This document shows positions 1 through 10,572 of a stretch of 32,000 bases of DNA, piece after piece. Positions within the stretch are counted from its first letter, which is position 1; the number at the start of each line of letters is the position of its first letter. Source of the DNA: Wallemia ichthyophaga EXF-994 (lineage: Eukaryota; Fungi; Basidiomycota). Below the pieces are notes generated by a model. It was not told the origin of the DNA and searched no databases. It saw only the letters and a program-made list of their open reading frames with translations. The translations under genes were made by a program, and so were the position numbers. Location: contig NW_008806276.1 of the NCBI RefSeq assembly GCF_000400465.1, positions 210,001 to 242,000 of the forward strand. Direction: 5' to 3'.

Positions 1-973
1 ATCCGCCTTTCTAACTGAAGGGCTTGAGTTTGAGCGCTTGCGAGTAGTAGCTGTATTTAACGCATTGTTGAGGCGTGCTTCGATGATTTGGCTCTCCTGT
101 AACGGTGGTGCACCTGAAACTGTCGAACTTCTCCCCCTACCCAATATAGGTGGATTGGGGGGTAATCGGGATGGACGAGGTGGTGGTCCTGATTGCATAG
201 GCGATGTGCGCATCCTGTGTTTTGTACTTAGTGAAAGTGAAACACACGACTCCTCACTCACGTTGAATAGATAGAAACGCTCTCGAATGACTCATCACTC
301 ACGCTGTGTCTTAAACTTTTGTTCCTCATCCCAAGTCCTTTGATTGATTGAGTGAAAGATACCTTTGCAGTGCGAGGCGGTGGAGAAGCACGCTCGTTCT
401 CGTATGATTCCAACCTCTTTTTGAGAAAGTTGGACATTCCAATAAAGGGAATAGGCCTTCTAGTACGTGGTGGACGCTTCGGTGGCTCTGTTTTGGAAAA
501 TGAATTGATGTCACCACTAGGACGACCGAGCCTGGACGATTGAGAGTCTCTGTACCTGTATCAAGATTGAGTTGTGCTGATAATTGCTGTTTTACAATTT
601 ACACTCACTGGAATTCTATATGCGTGCTATCATCCCTGTTGCTGGAGGATGACATCATTGAAGCCTCTCCGCCGTGATAGATGGCTGGTATCTTGGGCAC
701 AGGTGGAGCAAAGGGATCAGCTTCCTTAGTGAAGAGCTCTGGTGACTCTTTGAATTGTTTGTCGGGGTTGCCAGCAGATGAGCTGGTGCTTTTCGAGCGT
801 CTGCGGGTGTGCAGATCAGGTAACGGATGGATAAGGGAGTCACGTATGTCGTGCAAAGATACTGAGCTAGGGAATGGCAGCTGAAGCGGCCGTGAAATTT
901 CCTTCTTCTTCTCCGCCGAACCAGGCTTCTTCAACTGAGACTTTGACTTTTTCTTGAACAATGTGAATCCCAT
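1..973 (-). CDS. Unknown multi-exon Ser/Pro/basic low-complexity protein, 3'-truncated at the window edge
   Basis: ATG at 973 opens MGFTLFKKKSKSQLKK. A GTGAGT donor at 608 and a ...GATACAG acceptor continue the frame into QYRDSQSSRLGRPSG. A last segment (MRTSPMQSGPPPRPSRLPPNPP...SVRKAD) stays open to position 1. Middle exon boundaries are uncertain and no domain was recognised. Confidence 0.65.
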
Positions 974-1012
974 GGTTTTTTAAAAGAAAGATTGACTGCT
1001 ACACCGCTTTAG

Positions 1013-1078
1013 CTGCAATAGAAAAGCGCGCATCGTTAGTGATTGATTTCGTGAAAGGTGATGTAAGGGACGGCTTAC
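1013..1078 (-). other. Probable 5'-UTR intron of the gene starting at 973
   Basis: Minus strand reads AG|GTAAGC (1078), ACTAAC branch point (1040-1035), TATTGCAG| (1013), 66 nt. An in-frame TAA at 982-980 upstream of the ATG places it outside the CDS. Confidence 0.6.
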
Positions 1079-2138
1079 CTAGAACGTTTGAGAATATGGG
1101 GATCTGTATGACTTGGCTGGAGCTGCTTGAATGAAGACTCTGGAGCTAATTAATTTGCTTGATTGGCTTTCTTACTTCTTTTCTTCTTTCAATAGCGCGT
1201 TACTCTCCTTAGTGTCGCTGCTACACTCCCCTCAATCCTCTGTGAGCGTCTGCGTTAGAATTGCAAGTGCCTGTTTACTCGCATACTCATTCCTCGCTGT
1301 TCATTCTCGAGTCTCTCCTCGCTCAGGTATGACAGCACGTCTGACATGCTCGGGAGGTATGGGCCTGACAATCGATACACGCTTCTAGACGTCTGTGTGT
1401 CTGACAGTGTGTCTTTATATCCGCGTTTTTCATATGCGCTATTATTTATCCTCACAGCGGGTAACTGGCTGCGGATGCTGCACGTGCATCATTAATAAGG
1501 TTGCGCGATGATGCAATACGATGCACAAGGTCCCAAGAAGAAATTTCTGGTACAATTTTGACAGCCTAATCTGACATATGTACGCGTAGCTTGAGTAAAA
1601 CGCGTTGAATTTGGTATGAAATTGATCGAACTTGGATGTTTATGGTGAGGCGTTTAGCTTGAATGACTTTTCAGAGTTGCTTAAAATATCTGTGCTATTC
1701 TTTGTGTGTATTTTCGCGCTTCAAAGTAGGTTGATTTCGATTGATTGTATGCTCAACTCATTGTTACGTGATTCACAGTTCCAATAGGTAGCTTAAAAGA
1801 TGCTTACATAAATTTAGTCTAATTTAAATCGAAAACTTATGAAAGCATGATGATGATGATGATGAAATCCGAATATATTGTTGAGACGATACATGTTTAA
1901 AACTGCTTCCATCAACACTTCTTAAAGCATGAAGATTCAAAGGGGGTGTGGAATTTGCTGGAAGCGTTTCTTGATTAGCATCGTAATCTCTAAATTGTTG
2001 GTAGTTCTCAATAAAACTGTGCCACCAGAAAAATTATGAAATGGTCGTTTTTATGAGCATTTGATTGACAATTTTTTTTCATTTGAATATGTAGTTAACA
2101 AAACCTCTCAGTTTCAACAACCGATTAGCGCAACGGGC

Positions 2139-2246
2139 GCTTCAGTGGCTCAATGGTAGAGTATTGGACTTCTAGTATCATCGAAGGGTTCAAACCGAGT
2201 TGAACTAGCCATCCAAAGGTTGCGGGTTCGAGCCCCGTCTGAAGTA
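2139..2246 (+). tRNA. tRNA-Arg(UCU) with a 36-nt intron (2175-2210)
   Basis: Acceptor stem GCTTCAG/CTGAAGT with a G1-U72 wobble. D arm GCTC-AATGGTA-GAGT. Anticodon stem TTGGA/TCCAA with loop CT-TCT-A and the intron after position 37. T arm GCGGG-TTCGAGC-CCCGT. Discriminator A2246. The pattern ATTGGACTTCTA..intron..ATCCAAAGGTT is typical of eukaryotic tRNA-Arg-TCT. Confidence 0.95.
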
Positions 2247-2266
2247 GTGGTAATCTACAACCAATC

Positions 2267-2272
2267 TTTTTT
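2267..2272 (+). terminator. RNA polymerase III terminator (T6)
   Basis: TTTTTT 21 nt downstream of the tRNA 3' end. Confidence 0.7.
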
Positions 2273-2471
2273 GGTGTTTCTTATGATATTTTTCCTTTGT
2301 TGAATAACTCGCTTAATCTTTTTCTTCATTACTTTAGGTTTATCCCCTCAGTCCTACTAATGAAATCATGTGTCTCTTTTCGATTTGCACATCTGACAAT
2401 TCGCTGATATACAAGTAACAGACGCGATTAATAAAGCGATCACTATAAATATTCCATTCGAAACTACAAAA

Positions 2472-3758
2472 CTATCCTCTTCGCCGTTTAGTACCAACAC
2501 TATCGCGTCCACCGTCTCTGGACCATGGCAGAGACTTCTTCTCCTTGCCTTCATGACGCTTACGTTTGCGTTCTTCAGATTTCTTGACTGCTTTGTTACC
2601 CCCTTTAGCACGTAAGGCGTCTTTCTGAGCCTCTTCGACGCGTTTACGCTTTTCGGCTGTAAAGTAGTGGTAATGAGAATAAGTGGTGTGGATTGATAGG
2701 CAGGGTACTCACAATCTTTCAAAAAGTAAGCCTTCTTACCATCACTTATCTTCTCGCGCTCTTCCTTCTTAATCTTCCTAAGAGTATCCTTCTCGATATC
2801 CTTCTTTTGAGACGTCCTCACCTGCGAGCTCATGCTTTGGATTTGCTGGGTCAAGTTGTCGACCTCGGCTTGATGATGTGAGATGAGATATTGTTTATCA
2901 TCAGTGCTACTGGGTAAAGCGCGAGCTCTGCGCAGAGATAAATCAGCAGCTTTGAGTTGATCTTTAACGTTAGACACCTCCTTCTCGACGGAACCTTTCA
3001 AGAAAGAGAATGACTTTTCGAACAGGTCTTGGGAGAAGTTGCCACTGAGTGATAAGAAGCGAGGATCACGAGATTTCTGTGAGTGAGAAAAGTCGCGTAA
3101 GAGTGAGTTTCGTTGCGAAATGGATAACGTACTACTTTATCTACATCCACTACATCTCTCTTCCTGCTTGTTGGTTTCCTACTTGTAATTTCTGTGGGAG
3201 CATGCTTATTGGCCCTTTTGTGCTTATCTTTGGTGTCTTTAATGACTTTATCTGGTTTGTTGGTGTCAGACTTGCCCCTTTTAGCTTGCTGTTTCTGCCA
3301 AAGATCTTCTTTAGCTTTGGCAAGCGCCTGTGCTCTGTTTACTTTGCGCTCGTCGTCGTTGAGCTCATCATTGGTGCTATCGAGACGGGAGGATGCGTGA
3401 GCGAGTGCAGCGAGAGGGAGAGAGTTGTAGGAGGCGTTCAAAGATGTTTGAGAGGATGAATCAGAGTCTTCTGCGCTGTTAACGTCTTCTACGCCTTCTT
3501 GGTCCACTAAATCATGCTAGAGTGGGTCAAATTGAGTAAAAAAAAAGACCAAATGAAACGCACGCCATTGGATACATTAGAATTAGTAAACTTCAATCTA
3601 TCAGCCTCAAATTCGTCTTCCTCGTCCAAATCATGTTCATCGATGTATTGAGCAGCGTGGGGAGAATCACTGTGCTGACTAGTGTCATCCGGCCCATCAC
3701 TTTCATCACTGTCATCTTGATAGAGAGGTTTAATAAAATTTTCACTGGAATTGTTCAT
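2472..3758 (-). CDS. RRP36: rRNA biogenesis protein Rrp36 (DUF947), 4 exons
   Basis: Introns 3563-3517, 3132-3077 and 2712-2657 join the frames into an acidic N-terminus, [45 protein letters not shown] and [10 protein letters not shown]. Stop TAG at 2474-2472. Confidence 0.9.
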
Positions 3759-3821
3759 CGTGGTAGGCCAAAGTGCGGGTTGTGACGAACGATCAAGTTA
3801 AAATTAAATTAAATTTTATTA
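3759..3821. promoter_or_regulatory. 63-nt bidirectional spacer RRP36/RNA14
   Basis: Divergent ATGs at 3758 (-) and 3822 (+). Contains a near-symmetric AT tract TAAAATTAAATTAAATTTTA. Confidence 0.6.
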
Positions 3822-6789
3822 ATGGAAGAAAATATTTACGGTGCAGAAACTGAGCAGACGATAGCAGAGCAGCTGAGTAGCTTGAACCAGGTTTTGGGTG
3901 GTGGTGATGATGGTGGTGGAGACAGCGGGAATACTGAGGATACTGGGGATCTACAGGCACAGGAATTGATGCCGACAACGGAACAGCCACAGCCACACGA
4001 TCACGACCAGCCTCCTTTCCTCCGCGACGATAAAGACGATGGCACTGACAGCGCTAGCACTTACAAGGAGGCTGAGCAGAGTTTGCAGGATACGACTGGA
4101 ATGGCGGAATCGAGTGACGTGAGTGGTGTAGCAGATGAAACTGCTCCTGGACTGGACGTGGGTGTGGTGGCAGATTCAGACGCAAACGCAGCCACCGCCG
4201 CGGCACAATCACAGTCACAGTCACAGACACCTACAGCACCAACCGCAGCAACCACCACTACCACCTCTCAAATACCCCCACTCGCCATCCCAAAAAACAG
4301 AAAAGAAAGCCTGGAAATGCAACTAAAGAGCGACCCACGCGATGCTGACGGATGGCTTGAATTGATTGCCCACCTCGACTCACTCGGTCGCAATCTCGTT
4401 GGCGATGAGTTGGAAGCGTGGTGGAGTGAGTACACAAGCGTATACGATGCCTTTTTCAAAATCTGGCCCTGTGCTGTATGTCTTTAGCTCTGAGCGTGAT
4501 CGCGACTGGTTTGTGCACCCGCTTACCTTGTTCAGGTGAAGCAATGGCAGGCTTACATTGACAAATGTCTCAGTCTCACGCCACCGCGGATGAAAAAGGT
4601 GGAAGAAATCTTCAGCAAGGCGCTTAAACAGACGCCTTCGCCCGATTTCTGGTCCTCGTATCTCAACTACATACGCCGCAACAACGACGGCGGCGAGGGG
4701 AGGCAGGTGGTAGTGAAAGCTTACGAGTTTGCCATCTCTCACGTGGGTCAGGATAAGGATTCCGGGGAGATCTGGCTGGCCTATATAAGGTTTCTCAAGG
4801 ACGGCGCTGCTACCAACACGTGGGAGGAGCAGCAGCGTATGGATGCGCTCAGAAGGACGTACCAGCGCGCAGTCGTGATACCGATCCAGAATCTCGAAGC
4901 GATTTGGCGTGAGTGGGATGCATTTGAGGGGTCGCTCAACAAAGTCACGGTGGGTAAAAGAGTGCAGAACTATCAAATAACCTCACATATCACAAAATAG
5001 GCTAAGAAATTCCTCGCGGATAAATCGCCCGCGTACATGACAGCGCGGTCTGCACTACGTGAAATGCGTAGTCTGGTAGATGCTCCTGTGAATCTGTTCC
5101 ACATGGACGGTACGCTCGCGCGGCGCCCGAGCTGGACGGAGCGGGAGAGGCAAGTAGTGGGAGCGTGGAAGCGGTATCTGGCATGGGAGGAGGGCAATCC
5201 GTTGGAGCTAGAGGATGAGGCAGCGCGCCACAGTCGTGTGTCGTATGCATTCAAGAAAGCACTCGTGTACATGCGCTTCTATCCGGAGATATGGTACCGG
5301 GCGTACATCGCACACAGGAGCATGGGGCGCGACGAAGAGGCATTTAGTCTGCTCAAGCAGGGCAGCGAGGCTGTACCTGAGAGCTATTTGCTCTCCTTCG
5401 CCCGTGCCGAGGCGGAGGAATTGGCGCAAAATTACAGAGAAGCACACGCGGTCCTCCACCGTCTCCTCGCATGCGTCGTCGCTCACGCTCAAGCTATCGA
5501 GACTGGTATTCTTCGCCAGCAAGCCGAACTTGACGCTCAGTTGCCGAGTATCGAGCAGCAGGCGAATGCTGCACAGGCCGCAGGCGAGAATGAGGGCGAG
5601 GTGCGCGAGAAGAGGCGCATAGCAGAGGGCGAAATTACTAGTAAGAAGGAGGCTGTAGCCAAGTCCAAAGCGAAGGACCTCGACGAGCTTTGCAAAGGTG
5701 CAGGTCTGACGTGGGTGATGAAAATGCGCTTAGCGAGGAGATCAGAGGGGATCAAAGCTGCGCGTGTGGTTTTCAAAGAAGCGCGTACCTCGCCCTATTG
5801 CACTTGGCAGGTGTTTGAAGCAGGCGGTGAGTGTAGTGTGATACTTGGGTACAATACACTAATACACCCGCAGCTATGATGGAGTACCACAGCTCGAAAG
5901 ACGCATCGGTAGCAACGAAGATATTCGAGCTCGGGCTGAAGCGTTTCGCTGGGGAGATAGACTATGTGCTCAAGTATCTCGATTTCCTCATTAGTATCAA
6001 CGACGAAGGGAGTGAGTACAATGGAAGGGGTGTTAGATGAGCAGATTGACTGATATATACACAGATGCACGCGCGCTGTTTGAACGGATAGCGCCGGGGA
6101 TGGGTGCTGAGAAAGCACGGCCATTGTGGACGCGATGGGCATCGTACGAGTACATGTACAGCGATCTTCCAAGTGCACTCAAACTGGAGCAGCGCCTCGC
6201 AGACACATTCCCAGAAGAGCAACCCATACGACGCTTTGCGGAGAGACACTCGCACCAGCGTGTTGATAAAATCGCTACTACAGACCTCGGATACGGCGTC
6301 AAGGCACCGACAGCACCGAGGATGGGCGACAACGCGAGTGGTGGCGGGAAGCGTGAGCGTGAGCGTGAACGTACTCAGCCGGTGGATCTCGAGGAAGAGC
6401 GGAACAAACGCCTGAAGCGTGATGTTGGAGGTGAGAGAGAAGGCGGTAGAAATAGTATCACTAGCAACAACAGCAACAACAACAGCAACAACAATGTTAA
6501 TAGCAAATCAAGACAGTCGCAGCAATTGCCTTTGCCACCTCATCGCAATCAGCGGAATTCACCTGCTCAAGGGGTGCAGATTGGTGGAGCACCAATACAT
6601 TTAGGCAGTGGTAGAGGAGTGGGTGGAATGGGTGGAATAGGTGGAATAGCACCACCAACAGCACCCAGACAGGTAAAGGATCCACTGGGATTGGTGCTGC
6701 AGATGCTACCACAGGCGCGGTATTTCGACGGACCGATAATCAACACGGAGGATATCTTGTTCGCGTTCCGTAATTTGCAGTTGCCGTAG
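3822..6789 (+). CDS. RNA14: mRNA 3'-end processing factor Rna14/CstF-77 (HAT repeats, Suf domain), 5 exons
   Basis: Introns 4476-4535, 4950-5000, 5827-5873 and 6012-6064 all keep frame. Motifs [65 protein letters not shown] and NARALFER. Confidence 0.93.
6463..6495 (+). repeat. (AAC/AGC)n coding microsatellite, Asn/Ser tract
   Basis: AGCAACAACAGCAACAACAACAGCAACAACAAT in the last RNA14 exon. Confidence 0.85.
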
Positions 6790-6877
6790 ATTGCAGAAGC
6801 CGGGGAAGCCGGGTGGGGAGAGAGGAAAAGGTGGAAAAGAGTAAAATGAATTTAATACACACGTTACGATAACAACC

Positions 6878-7783
6878 ATGAGTGCGAGTGGAGCGACAGA
6901 GACGGCGTTGGAGTTGCTGCCAAAGCTGTTGAGTTTGGACGTGCCATTGGATAAAGAGAGATGCAGCACACTGCTCAACTACCGCCATTCGATACTGCCA
7001 CCTAGGAAAGTTGAAGAGTTTCTGTCATGGGAACCGAGTGCGAATATAGTGGAGCAATTGCAGGAGATTAGCTCAGACGAGGGATTGGAGCGTGTACCAG
7101 TTGGTTATAAATACGAGGAGGATGGACAGTATGTGAGGATGAGGTTGGGAGGATTGTATTTGGTGTTGAAGGAGGAGAGCGATGTTAATAATGATAATAA
7201 CATTGGCAATAACAATGATAATAACATTGGTAATAACAATAACAATAACAATAACAATAACAATAACAATAACACCAAGGAACATTGGAAATTTCACAAT
7301 CTTCAACTAGCAGATAAACACACAAACATGGAAAATACAGGTTGGTACACAAACCAGGATATGGCGTTGGATGCATTCATACTCACAGCTGAACGTGTTA
7401 TCAGCGACGCTAATGCAAACGCTGGCAAACACACAGAGCAAGAGAAGGAAGACACGGCGAACAAGGATTTCTGGGCAGATTTCTCTGACGAAAGCGGTGA
7501 GAGCGGTGAGAGCGGTGAAGAGAATCAAGGAAATTACATTCAAGACAACCAAGACACCTTCTACACGCGCCAGGCAGAAGAACATATCAGCACAGTGGAT
7601 GACACACGCAACTCGGATAACCAGCTCGATAGAGCCGTTAAAATGGCAATTGGTGGAATCTGGGGGATGTTTAAGGAGAGCAGAACGCAAGGGGAGGATC
7701 ACAGCAATCACAGCGATCCCACCAACCAAACAACCGATGAAGAAAGATTTCTTGAACTTGTTTTACAATCATTGAACGCATAA
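6878..7783 (+). CDS. Intronless hypothetical protein (301 aa) with an Asn-rich insert and an acidic region
   Basis: Long ORF with good start context (AACAACCATG). It fills the gap between RNA14 and NAS6 and has globular-looking segments flanking the low-complexity parts. No family recognised. Confidence 0.8.
   Translation: MSASGATETALELLPKLLSLDVPLDKERCSTLLNYRHSILPPRKVEEFLSWEPSANIVEQLQEISSDEGLERVPVGYKYEEDGQYVRMRLGGLYLVLKEESDVNNDNNIGNNNDNNIGNNNNNNNNNNNNNNTKEHWKFHNLQLADKHTNMENTGWYTNQDMALDAFILTAERVISDANANAGKHTEQEKEDTANKDFWADFSDESGESGESGEENQGNYIQDNQDTFYTRQAEEHISTVDDTRNSDNQLDRAVKMAIGGIWGMFKESRTQGEDHSNHSDPTNQTTDEERFLELVLQSLNA
7187..7273 (+). repeat. Imperfect (AAT/AAC)n trinucleotide repeat encoding NNDNNIGNNNDNNIG plus poly-Asn
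   Basis: Directly visible. Includes a duplicated AATGATAATAACATTGG unit followed by (AATAAC)n. Confidence 0.9.
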
Positions 7784-7812
7784 TTGGATTTATTGCATAA
7801 CTATTACCACCA

Positions 7813-8696
7813 ATGAGTACATTACATAGCGCGGCACAAGAGGGTTTGTGGAGGATGAAATAGCTTGGCAGTTGTATTCACAAGCCTACAGCTCAATTGG
7901 GGGAATTGAATGAGTTGCTAAACGCACAACCAAACTCAATTGACAAACTGGACAAGGTGCGTTGGGAGTATTAGGAGTTGCAAGCACCAACACACTGACA
8001 CAGAACACACGCTCTCCTTTACATTGGGGCTGTACATCCAGTCATCCCTCTGTCGTTAGAATGTTGCTGGAAAGAGGCGCAAAAGTCGATATTGAGGATG
8101 GTTTAGGGTGGACACCTCTCATGATAGCCAGTGGGTGGATTGTGAGTTATTTAGCACACTTCTCACAAGCACTCAAGGCTCTGCGGGTAGTTTGGAGATA
8201 GTGGATATGCTGATAAAGAATGGAGCATCAGTTAATCACGTAAACAACAAGGGACAAGCATCTTTGCATTACGCTGCATCCAAGAATCATGCCACTGTGA
8301 GTGGATTTCGTTGGTTTATTTGAATTCACTCGAATAACTCGCCAGATTGCTCATTTACTTCTGGAAAAGGGAGCGGATGTAAACGTGAAAGATAAAGCTA
8401 ATCAGCATCCTTTGCACCGCGCAGCTACAACAGGCAACGGTGATATCATCAAGTTACTCATTAGTCCGCCTAATGCACAACACAAGACGAGACTTAATAC
8501 AGCTGACAGGCTGGGCAACACACCGCTACACCTTGCAATGGAATCAGGCCATGCTTCTACTGCTATTCTACTTATAAACGCAGGTGCTGACAGGGAGAGA
8601 CAGAATTTTGATCAACAGACACCACTCGAAATTGAGGGAGTTGGTGGACAAGAGCAACGTAGAGTTGTTGATAGTGTATTGTACGCCTGTAAATGA
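7813..8696 (+). CDS. NAS6: Ankyrin-repeat proteasome assembly chaperone Nas6/gankyrin (PSMD10), 5 exons
   Basis: MSTLHSAAQE start. Introns at 7844-7891, 7957-8003 and two more near 8131-8177 and 8297-8346. Ankyrin repeats RSPLHWGC, GWTPLMIAS, QASLHYAASKN, QHPLHRAATTG and GNTPLHLAMESGH, plus the fungal Nas6-like tail EGVGGQEQRRV. Confidence 0.85.
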
Positions 8697-8789
8697 ATCC
8701 TTTATCCACTTTAAAAAAACTTCAACATTTCCGGCGATCAGATTCACAGCATCGACTTGGAATTTCTCAGACAGACGACGACGACCAAG

Positions 8790-10428
8790 ATGACAAAACC
8801 AGAAAATAAATACGAAGCAAAGTTTGAGTGGTTAGTCAGGAAATCGCTGTGTATTTAACGCTTAAATACCCCTGCAGGCATGATAGATCCGCCCACGACG
8901 TTCACCTCCAAGGAAGTTTCACGGGATGGATGAATGACAGCAATATCCCATTGAAGAAAGGCCAAGATGGCGTTTGGAGGGCTAGTCACTACGTAACCTA
9001 CTCAGCGAAACAGTAAGCCAACCAAACGCGTTTGAATTGGGCTTACACGTTTAATACAGCCAATATCGCTATAAAGTGAATGGGGAGTGGAAGATTGATC
9101 CACGCGTTGAGTCGTCGCATGGCAGTCCACTCAACGTCCTGGTCAACTACTTTTTCGCTCCAAATCAACCACCGTCGTCGAATAGAGCAGACAAGAAGAA
9201 AAACAAGAGGAAAACTAAGAAGGCTTTGAAGGGCGTCGATAGCCATGGTAATGAAACCCATGGCAACGACAGCCACGATGACAGCAACAGCAACTCAGAC
9301 CATGACGATGATGCCGTTGAACACCTCACTGACCATCATTCCAAGTCTAAAAACCGCGTCTCTGCTAATACTACATCTTGGCCAGCTATTCCTGAGAAAC
9401 CTGAGAAAACTCACGCTCACTCTGACAAGCAGCATAACCAGAAGAAAGAGGATAACCAGAATAACCAAGATAAGGCTTTTGACGGCGTTGTTGCAGGTGC
9501 TACTGAGGGTGCCAAGAAAAACACCGCAGACACCTCATACACTCATCAACAAGAAGTATCCCCAGAAGATGAATCAAAATCGGCTCAAGACAAGGTTGTT
9601 TCACCTGCTCAAGATGGCCATCAAGAAGATCAGCACAAAGAATCAGCCACCACCGACACCAATGATACTAGCAACACCAATGAAACACCGGATAATGTTA
9701 CAGACGACACTAAAATCAACCCACCAATAACTGGCGTCGCTGCTCAAGTTCCAACAAATTCCAACACCACTGGTGAAGATGTCAAGCACAAGGTTGAGGA
9801 TGCTGAGAAGAACGTCGATGACGTCAAGAAGAATGGTGAGGCTAAGGCAGATGAGTCCAATAAGGATGTCCAAGACAAGGCAGCAGTTGCTAAGCAGGAT
9901 GCTGAGAAGAAGGAGGCTCAAGCTAAACAGGATGCTGAGAAGAAGGCGGCTCAGGCTAAGCAAGATGAAGAAAATAAAGCAGCTCAAGCCAAGCAGGATG
10001 CCGATAAGAAGACGGAAGAAGCCAAGAACTCAGCCGCCCAAGCTAAACAAGACGCTGATAAGAAAGCTCAGGAAGCCAAGAACTCGGCCGACCAAGCTAA
10101 ACAAGACGCCGACAAGAAGGCTGAAGAAGCCAAAGACTCCGCAGCCCAAGCTAAGGGCGAAGTAAAGGAAAGCGCCACTCAAGCTAAAGAGCAGGTGAAT
10201 ACCTCTGCCGCGCAGGCTCAAACCCAAGCAAACAGCAGTGCCGCACAGGCCCAAAACGAGGCAAACACAGTCAAGAAGGATGCCACGAATGCAGCTAAGG
10301 AGAGTGCCTCTGAAGCTAAAACTGAGTCTAAAGAGGCAGTCAAAGAAGCCACTGAGAGGAAGCCTTCGCTGCCAAAGAGAATATCAAAACGTATCTCTGG
10401 AATGCTGCACCTTGGAAGTAAGAAGTAA
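8790..10428 (+). CDS. CBM48 (AMPK-beta-type glycogen-binding) domain protein with long charged repeats, Mdg1/Crp1-like architecture, 3 exons
   Basis: Introns 8831-8877 and 9013-9059 give KYEAKFEWHDRSAHDVHLQGSFTGW...HQYRYKVNGEWKID, the CBM48 signature. The rest is low-complexity with AQAKQDA repeats and a basic tail, KRISKRISGMLHLGSKK. Confidence 0.85.
9880..10272 (+). repeat. Tandem 11-aa (and 18-aa) coding repeats, xAQAKQDAEKK type
   Basis: AAVAKQDAEKK / EAQAKQDAEKK / AAQAKQDEENK / AAQAKQDADKK / TEEAKNSAAQAKQDADKK / AQEAKNSADQAKQDADKK / AEEAKDSAAQAKGEVKES / ATQAKEQVNTS / AAQAQTQANSS / AAQAQNEANTV. Confidence 0.9.
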
Positions 10429-10572
10429 AGCTTAGAGCTTAAAGCGAGACTTAATGCCCAATCCTACTAATTTAACTGTATCTACTTATAATTTTAATTT
10501 TAATAAACAAAATAAAATTTCACCTTATTAGTGTTGTCTCTGGCTTTGTCTATTTCCTTTAACACTACAGCG

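Noticed and set aside
1848-1864. (ATG)n run and other short microsatellites, such as (CA)n near 11625-11643 and (GT)n near 26145-26165
   Set aside because: Ordinary simple repeats with no further structure.
4061-6415. Many overlapping and antisense ORFs of 60-200 aa over RNA14, and similarly over HOM2, SAM, CPS1, RPL1 and SPB1
   Set aside because: These are shadows of GC-rich or codon-biased coding sequence. They carry no motifs, and the sense genes explain the sequence.
9880-10272. Regular repeats as a CRISPR-like or mobile array
   Set aside because: The units are in-frame coding repeats with synonymous variation and no unique spacers, in a eukaryotic gene.
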